Source of the DNA: a bacterium
Lineage (GTDB): Bacteria > Electryoneota > Electryoneia > Electryoneales > Electryoneaceae
Assembly: GCA_963675295.2 (NCBI GenBank)
Contig: CAXXKJ010000002.1
Span: 1,664,001 to 1,728,000, forward strand
Reading direction: 5' to 3'
DNA: 64,000 nucleotides
Part shown: positions 30,000-38,154 of the stretch, piece by piece
Numbering within the stretch: the first letter of the stretch is position 1
Layout of the letters: every line of letters starts with the position of its first letter
Made by a program: the position numbers and the translations under genes
The notes under the pieces: model-generated
Database searches by the model: none
What the model was told of the DNA's origin: nothing
What the model saw: the letters and a program-made list of their open reading frames with translations, nothing else

Positions 30000-30749
30000 T
30001 CAGTTGTCCTCCCCGGATACACGGTCGCCCGGATCATCGAAATCCTGTTCCTGAATCACGCCAAACGCTTGACGACATTCTTCGCGAAGTTGCATGGCCA
30101 CATCCAGTTCCTGCTGAGTGACAACACGGTCAATGCTGCACTGAACTTCAGCCCAACGATAGCCGTTGCGTTGAACGTCAGACAAACTGAATCGTGTGAT
30201 GACTGCAATGGCTGGCGCTTTCGACCGGGCAAGCCGTTGCAGGTGATTCCGCCAGTGCTTGATGGAAGTCGGGGACAGGTTGAAAACCACAAGCTGCGGT
30301 TTGGTTTCCAGGTACGTCAGGATGAACAAGCGTACCTTGTCCTTGGCCTGTGAAGCCAGGTGAATGGAACCGTCACCGCTGGTGGTCTTTCCGTCGATAG
30401 CGCTGTAGCGTGGGATCTGTTCACCTTCTACCCAAAGCGCACTTACAGTCTGACTGAACACGACAATTCCACTGAAGACGTTGTCCGGTACATCAACCTG
30501 GTCTTCCTGGTTTTCGTCGTAGGATTCGCCGTTGTCGATGAACATGCGATGCCGGCCAGATGGACTGTGGTCAATGCGGACACGAACCAACGACGGTGGG
30601 ATGTTTTCCATCATCGCAGCCACTTCAGTTTCGATATCGATACTGTCCAACTGGTTAATGGCATCCAGGACAACAACGCCCGATTCATCTGAACCGGGCT
30701 TCTGTCGAGCAGGTGTACCGTTACGTGTTTTTGTGTTTTGTTGTGTCAT
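30000..30749 (-). CDS. Phage-type hypothetical protein, possible ssDNA-binding/annealing protein
   Basis: Coupled to nuclease gene (ATGA overlap); 'SGIVVFSQ..ALW...P..SAIDG', 'FNLSPTSIK', 'VITRFSL' pattern recalls proteins in phage replication modules; acidic tail. Confidence 0.5.
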   Translation of the reverse strand: MTQQNTKTRNGTPARQKPGSDESGVVVLDAINQLDSIDIETEVAAMMENIPPSLVRVRIDHSPSGRHRMFIDNGESYDENQEDQVDVPDNVFSGIVVFSQTVSALWVEGEQIPRYSAIDGKTTSGDGSIHLASQAKDKVRLFILTYLETKPQLVVFNLSPTSIKHWRNHLQRLARSKAPAIAVITRFSLSDVQRNGYRWAEVQCSIDRVVTQQELDVAMQLREECRQAFGVIQEQDFDDPGDRVSGEDN

Positions 30750-31651
30750 GCAGCTTCTCCCGTTATGGTCAAGGATTCGATGGATCGTACCTGCCTGGAT
30801 GACAGACCGTCACCTTGTGCATCTGACAGGCAGATGTCAGCGAATGCACACGCAGGACAGTTGATCATGCCTGGGTTACGTGGGAACACACCTCGGTTGA
30901 TGTTGCTGGCTATCGCAGTCAGGTCACGCTTCAGCGTAACCATTTGCTTGCGACTACGACTGGTGCAACGACGCGGATCACCACGTTCATCACCTGCGAC
31001 AAACCCGTTACCGTTTCGCTTGTAGGGGATGTGGTCGCGAAGCTGGTAGTACACGATATCCAGCTTTTCCGGTGGGATTTCCAGCATCCGCATCGTACCG
31101 TCGGGCATCTTGAACACACCATGCCAACAGGCAAGTGCGTACAGACCGAGCTGGTAATCCAAGTCGAGAAATTGCTGGTTCGGTGGGAACTTGGATGACT
31201 TGAAGTCCACTAACTGCCAACGGTTGCCATCCTGGCGGATCTGATCGACCGTCCCGCTGAAGACGTTCCTACCCACCTTCAGCATGAACGTGGCTTCGGA
31301 CAGGATGACGTCGGCATCATGGTTGTAGTCTTTATCCCTGTAGTTTCCCAACATCTGAACAGCCTCTTCGACCAGGGCTGTGATCGTTGCATCCCGCTCC
31401 TCCTTATAGAAGACAGGTGTGTCGGATTCATCCCCACGGAATTCCTCGTGGTCGAATTGTTCCCGGTAACGGGCGGCGATGTCCAGATCCCAGTTGACCA
31501 GGTGCATCTCTTCGATAAGCTGATGAAGAACACGGCCATGCAGTGCAGCTAGTGATCGGAATGCCGAAGGAATCTGATCGATGTATCGGTACTTGAAGCT
31601 GGCAGGACACCACAGGTAGGACTTGATGAGGGACTGACGTAGAACGTCGAT
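30746..31651 (-). CDS. PD-(D/E)XK nuclease, Cas4/AddB-like with four-Cys Fe-S staple; probable ATC start
   Basis: 'LRQSLIKSYLWCPASFKYRY' N-terminus, 'GTVDQI...LVDFKS', 'QLGLYA', C-terminal 'CPACAFADIC'. Confidence 0.85.
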   Translation of the reverse strand: MDVLRQSLIKSYLWCPASFKYRYIDQIPSAFRSLAALHGRVLHQLIEEMHLVNWDLDIAARYREQFDHEEFRGDESDTPVFYKEERDATITALVEEAVQMLGNYRDKDYNHDADVILSEATFMLKVGRNVFSGTVDQIRQDGNRWQLVDFKSSKFPPNQQFLDLDYQLGLYALACWHGVFKMPDGTMRMLEIPPEKLDIVYYQLRDHIPYKRNGNGFVAGDERGDPRRCTSRSRKQMVTLKRDLTAIASNINRGVFPRNPGMINCPACAFADICLSDAQGDGLSSRQVRSIESLTITGEAA

Positions 31652-31671
31652 AAATGACCACCCCCTTTCGA

Positions 31672-32430
31672 TCAGTTTGGCGACAGGAAGTACTGCGACA
31701 CACGACGGTTCAGGTTTTCAGCGCTGAAACGTTCCTGCTTGGTAAGCACGTCAGTTGCTGCGTTGTACACACCCCAAGCCGTATCATCTTCGATACCGTT
31801 GAACACCTTCGCCTGGGTTGTGATCGGCAGGTTGGTTTCACGGAAGAACTTCTGGATGTCCGCACGTCGCATCCGCTTGTGGGTAAGGTCAACCAGCATC
31901 GGCAATACCATGTGGAGACGGTTACCAACACGATCCAACTGGCGAGCCGCAACACGCAGTTCGCGGTCGAAATCCTTACTTCCCCAGTGCTTGAATCGGA
32001 ACCCGCCAAGCATGAACGAAAGCATCATGCCGTTGCTACATACCAGCCGAACGGCGTTGAATTCCAACCCGAAGGTTGTACTACCGTCGTAGGAATTGAC
32101 CGCATCCAGCGTACACGCGACAACATCACCCACCTTGACTTCACCCGTGGTCTGTGTCAGCAGATACCGCTGCCGAAGCTTCTTCCCATTCCACAACGTC
32201 TGATGTTCTTCGACGGGCATTCCCGTTCGGTTCAACAGGTCTTCTGCGACTTGCACAACCTCGCTGTTTTTCACGAGCTTGTACTCGGGGGAAACAACAC
32301 CCACTTCCGTGGCATCAGCATTGGGATTCAACACTACAGCCAAACGGCTGCTGTGATCCCCGTTCGCCCTGCGAAGTGGTTGTAGTTCGACTGGTGCAAA
32401 CGGTGATAGCACCGTCTTCGAATCGGTCAT
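31672..32430 (-). CDS. DUF932 family protein
   Basis: 'GVVSPEYKLVKNSE', 'NSYDGS', 'RLVCSNGM', 'TAWGVYNAAT'; AGGAGG RBS. Confidence 0.88.
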   Translation of the reverse strand: MTDSKTVLSPFAPVELQPLRRANGDHSSRLAVVLNPNADATEVGVVSPEYKLVKNSEVVQVAEDLLNRTGMPVEEHQTLWNGKKLRQRYLLTQTTGEVKVGDVVACTLDAVNSYDGSTTFGLEFNAVRLVCSNGMMLSFMLGGFRFKHWGSKDFDRELRVAARQLDRVGNRLHMVLPMLVDLTHKRMRRADIQKFFRETNLPITTQAKVFNGIEDDTAWGVYNAATDVLTKQERFSAENLNRRVSQYFLSPN

Positions 32431-32484
32431 ACGTCCTCCTGGTTGCTTTGTTCGGGTTCACGTTCTTATGCCGGAAAACTGAAG

Positions 32485-33201
32485 ATGAAGCACTACCACT
32501 ACATCGACGCGCCGGAAGCGCCACACCGAAGTGTGATCGAAATGGATCCGTTGAACATGCCGGGGATGCCGTATGGCGCCATCGAATGGATGTATGATCC
32601 GAAATCCACCGAAGCTGATTTCGTATCAAACCGGCTTGAGGAAATTCAACCGTTCGTGCGGAATGGAATCTTGGTCATCCAGGGTGTGTTTGAAGCGGGG
32701 ACCGTTATCTCGATCGCGCTTCGAGCGGATCACGTACTACAAGACATTTCGTTGTCCGAGATGAACGAGTTAGACGAACTGGTTGTCGAGACGATACAAC
32801 CTGTTTCTAAAGAAATAATCACTGGAATGCTGTATTGGATCGTCGTCGGTCAGACAGGGATCTTCAAATTGAAGGCCAAGGTTGCGCAGGACAAGGATGG
32901 TAAGATTAAGAAACTGCGGACCAACCTGAAAGATATTCCGTTGCGCGAGTATTTGGCTCGGAAGGCTCGGGCAAGAACAGGTGAGTTTACCGAAGCCAAA
33001 CACGACGAATATCCGCCGGTCATGGACACGAAAACCGCCGCTAATTATCTTCGGCGGTCAACGTCCTGGCTATATGGGAAAGCGCAAGATGGTGTGATTC
33101 CTCGGACCCCAGACAAACGGTTCCGTCGCGAAGATCTGGATGCCTATTCACGGCATCAGGAGGAACGTCAACTGAAGAGGGGTCGGCGACGGCGCAGGTA
33201 A
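32485..33201 (+). CDS. Protein with C-terminal MerR-like/excisionase HTH (putative recombination directionality factor); start uncertain
   Basis: 'MDTKTAANYLRRSTSWLY...IP...RFRREDLDAY'; stop abuts the arm-type repeat at the right end. Confidence 0.7.
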   Translation: MKHYHYIDAPEAPHRSVIEMDPLNMPGMPYGAIEWMYDPKSTEADFVSNRLEEIQPFVRNGILVIQGVFEAGTVISIALRADHVLQDISLSEMNELDELVVETIQPVSKEIITGMLYWIVVGQTGIFKLKAKVAQDKDGKIKKLRTNLKDIPLREYLARKARARTGEFTEAKHDEYPPVMDTKTAANYLRRSTSWLYGKAQDGVIPRTPDKRFRREDLDAYSRHQEERQLKRGRRRRR

Positions 33202-33202
33202 A

Positions 33203-33378
33203 TATGTGCCAGATATGTGCCAAGGGATCTGACACGGGCTGGTAAAATCTGGTAAAATCTGGAATTCTCAGTAGAAATCAGATTTGTGTATCAAGCGATA
33301 TAGAAAGAAAATACGGCATTTAGATGCGGTTGCGGGAATCCCATAAATCCGAATCCCGGCGTCTCCACGTTTAACGCC
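33203..33378 (+). repeat. Right-end block 1 (arm repeat + attR core)
   Basis: TATGTGCCAGATATGTGCCAAGG at 33203; GAATCCCGGCGTCTCCACGTTTAACGCC at 33351-33378. Confidence 0.88.
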
Positions 33379-33659
33379 CTAATGCTTGTTAATACAAGTG
33401 TTAGGGCCTTTTTCGTTTCTATGGTATCGATTCCAGTCAACCTACTCTCGTCACGTGGACCAATATCAGAATCAATGGGGAGCCGACAATTCAGGAAATA
33501 ATTGAGAGATCCGGGAACAGGAGCCAAATCAGACCGATAAGTGGGAACTGGCTAGTTGGGGGGGGGGTAGTTAGGATAAACAAACTTTTCGGGCACCCCT
33601 GGCCGGACTAATGGCGGCCGGATCCGACCACGCAAACTCCTTACAAGGAGAGTAGTACC

Positions 33660-35495
33660 ATGATTACAATTCGACCCTTTGTGACCGCCGCTGTCGTTAT
33701 GACGGCCATGACCGCGCCGAATCTTGCAAGCGCCACCGTCCCGCCACTCACGTGGCAGAACACCTATGGAACGGGTCAGGAACACTCGTTCTATGATTTG
33801 GTTTCAGCCGATACGGACGGTGTGTATGCTGTCGGAAGCCGGTTCAATTCTGGCACAGGTGAGGATGAGGCCTGGCTGGCTCGTGTTGACGCAGACGGCA
33901 ACCTCCTCTGGCAGGAATTCTACGGAGAGCCCAATGATGAGATCGAAGCTTTTGCGGCCGCCCGGGCAGGCGATGACATCGTTCTCGCCGGACGCATCGA
34001 TGGTGACGTTTGGGTAGCTCGTCTCGACAATGCAGGCAACCTCCTCTGGCAGGAGGAATACGGCACCGGAGGTATTGATGTCGCATTTGACGTCGCAGTT
34101 ACTGGCTCAGGTGCTAGCGAGCGACTTTGGCTGGCCGGACGCTGGAACGGAAGCGGTTTGCTCGGTGGTGACGGGATGGTCCTGGAGCTGAACGCGAACG
34201 GCATCCTGCTCAACGCTTATCCATACTCAGGATCCGTTCAAATCAACAGTATCACACCAACCACTGGTGGCGTGCTGCTGGCCGGTGAGGCTGCTCAGGG
34301 AAGCAACCGCCAAGCTTGGACGGCATTGATGGATCCAACCGATGGTAGCCTGGACTGGACCCACACCGATGGTGGTGCTGGTCGTGATGTGGCTATGATG
34401 GCCATTGAGGGGCTGGACGGCGATGTGGTAGTTGTTGGTGAACGTCGCTTCTCAGGTGATCCTCGGGTGTGGCTGTACAAACTGGACGCTTTGAACGGCA
34501 GCCTGATCTGGTCGCGTGACTACGGTACGGCAGAAGGTGACGAATACGGTCGTGCTGTGACTGTTTGGGAAGATGGATATATGGTGCTGGCAGAGGCTGA
34601 TAACTTCCAGACACAAGGTGAGGACGTGTGGCTGGTGGGCACCAACAGCATGGGCAACCAGCTCTGGACCGAAGTCTATGCCAGTTCTCAGCAGCAGAGT
34701 CCTGAAGCCTGGCTTCTCAACGGCGATGGACTTTTCGTTGCCGGTGAACAGGAAGGTGGTGGTCCTGAGCGCGGTTTGCTAATGAAGTTCGCAGCAGACC
34801 AGAACATCAGTGAGCTCTCTGTCGAAGTCATTCCGACGTCGCTGACGGATCTGCCGGCGGCAGGTGGGATGCTTGAATTTACTGTTACCCTTGAGAACAC
34901 GACGCCGAATGCATTCCAGGGTCAGGCATGGTCCATGGTCACGTTGCCCAACGGCAATGAATTCGGCCCGCTGGTCGTCGCGCAACTGACGTTGCCGAAC
35001 GGTATTGTGGTGGCTTCCGGGTTGACGCAAAATGTTCCGGGATTTGCCCCTGATGGCAGCTATACCTTCATGGTGAACCTGGGTGTGTTCAACAGCGGAA
35101 CCGTGCTCGCCACAGACAGCTTCGGATTCACCAAGAGTGGGGTGACCACAGGCGTAAATGATTGGGATGTGAGAGGTTGGGATTCGTTTGACTCTGCAGC
35201 TGGTATCGGTTCGGCTGCTGCGCAGCCGGCAGAGTTCAGTCTGGGTTCAGCGTACCCGAACCCGTTCAACCCGACCACCAGTCTGAACGTCGCTCTACCG
35301 GTTGCATCCGATTTGAGAGTCGTGGTATATAACAGTGTCGGACAGCAGGTTGCTGAACTTGCCAGCGGCATGTACAGCGCTGGTACCCACAACCTGTCGT
35401 TTGACGGCAGCAACCTGGCTAGTGGTCTCTACTTCGTGCGGGCTGTCGTGCCGGGTCAGTTGAACGCCATGCAAAAGGTGATGCTGGTGAAGTAG
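33660..35495 (+). CDS. Secreted beta-propeller-like repeat protein with Ig-like domain and T9SS-type sorting domain
   Basis: AAGGAG RBS, signal peptide, repeats 'WLARVDADGNLLWQEFYG', C-terminal 'YPNPFNPTT...QKVMLVK'. Confidence 0.88.
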   Translation: MITIRPFVTAAVVMTAMTAPNLASATVPPLTWQNTYGTGQEHSFYDLVSADTDGVYAVGSRFNSGTGEDEAWLARVDADGNLLWQEFYGEPNDEIEAFAAARAGDDIVLAGRIDGDVWVARLDNAGNLLWQEEYGTGGIDVAFDVAVTGSGASERLWLAGRWNGSGLLGGDGMVLELNANGILLNAYPYSGSVQINSITPTTGGVLLAGEAAQGSNRQAWTALMDPTDGSLDWTHTDGGAGRDVAMMAIEGLDGDVVVVGERRFSGDPRVWLYKLDALNGSLIWSRDYGTAEGDEYGRAVTVWEDGYMVLAEADNFQTQGEDVWLVGTNSMGNQLWTEVYASSQQQSPEAWLLNGDGLFVAGEQEGGGPERGLLMKFAADQNISELSVEVIPTSLTDLPAAGGMLEFTVTLENTTPNAFQGQAWSMVTLPNGNEFGPLVVAQLTLPNGIVVASGLTQNVPGFAPDGSYTFMVNLGVFNSGTVLATDSFGFTKSGVTTGVNDWDVRGWDSFDSAAGIGSAAAQPAEFSLGSAYPNPFNPTTSLNVALPVASDLRVVVYNSVGQQVAELASGMYSAGTHNLSFDGSNLASGLYFVRAVVPGQLNAMQKVMLVK

Positions 35496-35525
35496 TATTC
35501 CGCTGACGTCTAATACTGGATCTAT

Positions 35526-35564
35526 CAACACCCCCGGAATGAAAAATTCTGGGGGATGTTGTTT
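35526..35564 (+). terminator. Terminator-like hairpin
   Basis: CAACACCCCCGGAAT...ATTCTGGGGGATGTTG followed by TTT. Confidence 0.6.
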
Positions 35565-35568
35565 CTGG

Positions 35569-35743
35569 TATGTGCCAGATATGTGCCAAGGAACCTGATA
35601 CGTATTGGTAAATCTGATAAAACCTGGAATCATCGATTCTATCAATAAGGCGGAAATGGCAGCTATAGACGGCAATTGCGGGTGTCAATGCCGGTCTGCT
35701 ATCACCCCCAAACCTGAATCCCGGCGTCTCCACGTTTAACGCC
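35569..35743 (+). repeat. Right-end block 2 (second arm repeat + att core)
   Basis: 23 bp identical arm repeat at 35569-35591 and 28 bp identical att at 35716-35743; spacing 147 vs 148 bp in block 1. Confidence 0.88.
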
Positions 35744-36082
35744 TTAAGCCGTGTTTGCACTTGACTTAAGGCGTTTTCTCTCTGACCGAGAGATACAGCG
35801 CCCTCAGGTTGCCAAACCTGGGGGCGTTTCTGGTTTCCACATTTCGCGAGTCTTCACACCAGGGCCATGTCTATGAGAGTATTTATCGGACGAACTCCCG
35901 GTATAAATGTTAGAACAGTTGAACTGGCTCCGGGAGGGCCAGAGAATCATTAAAATACAAGACGTTAGCGATCGTCTCTGCGGTCAGACATCCCGACGAT
36001 CGGTGGCGTGTGCGATCCCACTTTGCCAATACTGAAGGGGTACTATGGGTGAATTGATCGAGACCACAGGAGAGGGAAACAG

Positions 36083-38014
36083 ATGAAACTGTTACGGATG
36101 ATGCTGGTTCTGGCCGCCCTGTTCACGCTGAGTTCCGGGAGTCTGGCCGAAGTCGTGATCGGTGGCCAGGTTACCTGGGCGCTGACCGGTGAGCCGATTG
36201 TGAATGCGGAAGTGGCGTTGAATGGAGGCGTGGATGGTACGGCGATGACAAACGCCGGCGGTACCTATCAGTTCACGGGACTGACCGCGGGCGACTACGA
36301 GATTTCTGTGACCAAAGCAAGCTATGTTGTTGTTGTTCTACCGTCCCAGTTCTATGCGGATGGCACGTACTCACGTCACTTCGAGATGGAAAACGAGCAG
36401 CTCGATCTGCCAGCGGTCGGCTATGCGGACCTGGGAATCTATCCGGCACAGGGGGGGATGGTGGTCGGTGACCTCGCGTACTTCACTCAGGATTTTGGTG
36501 GATTGTGTATCCTTGATGTATCCGATCCCTCAACTTCTATGCCCACGGTGGGTAGCATCGTCGTCGGCCCCTCGGCGTATGAGGTCCTGGTGAATGGGAA
36601 CGCCGCGTACGTCGGGACTGCGGGGGGGTGCAGAGTCGTGGACGTCAGCGATCCAGCGAATCCTGCGCTTGGCGTGTCGATACCGTTTGGTGCGGCCGGT
36701 GGGTTTGTCATGGCAGCAAACTACCTGTTTGCCGCCTCCGAAACGAATGGCTTGGTCGTGTTCAACGTGACAGATCCGTTGAATCCGGAACTCATGACCA
36801 CGTTTGCGACGTCGGATGCCGCACTGGACATCGACTTCGCGGGGAACTACGTGTTCATAGCGATCGGCGACGGCGGCCTCGCGGTGATCAATGTCAGCAA
36901 TCCCGGTTCACCCGACCAGGTGGCGGTGTTGGATCTTGGCGGCTATGCGAGTTCGATTGAAATCGCGAGCAACTTCGCGATTGTCACGCTGAGCGACGTA
37001 GGCCTGGCGGCGGTGGATATCAGCAATCCGGCGAATCCGGTGTTGGTGAGCACATTGGCGATAGGCGGCAGCTCCGATCACCTCACGATCTGGGGTTGCT
37101 ATGCGATGGTGGCGAACGCGACCGGGGGTGTCGGTGCGTATTACATCGGCGACCGTAGCAACATGGTCGAGGTCGGCTATTCGCTGCTGGACGGGTCCAC
37201 GAACAACGTTGCCTACGGTGGTGATGTGGTGTACGCATCCATGGCCGGGCAGGTTGTTGCGTTTGACGGGTCCGCGTTCCTCGGCGGATTCATGGAGAAT
37301 GCTGCGGTGTTGACACTGAACGGCACGCAGACCGAGGTCCCGGCTGGTGGCGGCACGGTCATGTACGACGCGACGGTCGAGTCCCGCTGTCACATGTGCC
37401 ACACCCCGCCGTACACGGTGACCAATTGTTATTACAAGACCTATGTCCAGATGCCGGACAACAGCCTCGTCGGTCCGTTGACGAGCCGGCGGTTCACGTT
37501 GGCCGGGTACATGAACACGACGGTGCCGGATCTGACGCTTGATGTTCCGGCGAACGCGCCGAGCGGGACGTACACGTTCCTCGGCGAGGTGTCGAAGCCG
37601 CCGGGTTTTGTGCCGACGGCGACCGGCATCTTCACCTTCACCAAGGCTGGAAACGTGTCGGACGAGGGTTTCACGTTTGATCCGTCCGAGTGGCGAGCCG
37701 GGGACGGTCGCACGGTTGCGTCTGGCGGCGAAGCGGCAGCCGCGCCGTCACGTTTCGCGATGCAGGCCGCGTACCCGAACCCATTCAACCCGGCGACAAG
37801 CGTCGCGGTCACCCTCCCGGAATCGGCGGCGCTGACGGTCAGCGTGTTCAACGTTGCCGGTCAGCAGGTCGCCGAATTGGCGAACGGCCAGTTCACCGCC
37901 GGGCAGCACAACCTGACGTTCGACGCGCAGGGTCTGGCCAGCGGCTTATACTTCATCCACGCGACCGTTCCCGGTCGGCTCGACCAGACGCAGAAGGTGA
38001 TGCTGGTTCGCTGA
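36083..38014 (+). CDS. Secreted LVIVD-repeat protein with N-terminal carboxypeptidase-regulatory-like domain, Ig-like domain carrying CxxCH, and T9SS-type sorting domain
   Basis: Repeats 'LCILDVSDP', 'RVVDVSDP', 'LVVFNVTDP', 'LAVINVSNP', 'LAAVDISNP'; 'YPNPFNP...QKVMLVR'. Confidence 0.88.
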   Translation: MKLLRMMLVLAALFTLSSGSLAEVVIGGQVTWALTGEPIVNAEVALNGGVDGTAMTNAGGTYQFTGLTAGDYEISVTKASYVVVVLPSQFYADGTYSRHFEMENEQLDLPAVGYADLGIYPAQGGMVVGDLAYFTQDFGGLCILDVSDPSTSMPTVGSIVVGPSAYEVLVNGNAAYVGTAGGCRVVDVSDPANPALGVSIPFGAAGGFVMAANYLFAASETNGLVVFNVTDPLNPELMTTFATSDAALDIDFAGNYVFIAIGDGGLAVINVSNPGSPDQVAVLDLGGYASSIEIASNFAIVTLSDVGLAAVDISNPANPVLVSTLAIGGSSDHLTIWGCYAMVANATGGVGAYYIGDRSNMVEVGYSLLDGSTNNVAYGGDVVYASMAGQVVAFDGSAFLGGFMENAAVLTLNGTQTEVPAGGGTVMYDATVESRCHMCHTPPYTVTNCYYKTYVQMPDNSLVGPLTSRRFTLAGYMNTTVPDLTLDVPANAPSGTYTFLGEVSKPPGFVPTATGIFTFTKAGNVSDEGFTFDPSEWRAGDGRTVASGGEAAAAPSRFAMQAAYPNPFNPATSVAVTLPESAALTVSVFNVAGQQVAELANGQFTAGQHNLTFDAQGLASGLYFIHATVPGRLDQTQKVMLVR

Positions 38015-38154
38015 CGATCCTTGCGTAAATGCACCAGACGGGCGATTCTTCACCCCCCACCGTGAAATACTGTGGGGGGTGTTTGTATTGGGTGGAGGTG
38101 GCAGGTTGGCCACATTCTGAACCATGCGATTGCGGAACTGGGCTGCTTCCATGC

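Larger units (their letters stand above)
22037..33368. mobile_element. tmRNA-integrated element (~11.3 kb), satellite/IME-like, without capsid or conjugation genes
   Basis: Direct repeat TCCCGGCGTCTCCAC at 22037-22051 and 33354-33368; adjacent tyrosine integrase; primase-helicase; visibly lower GC than flanks. Confidence 0.9.
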
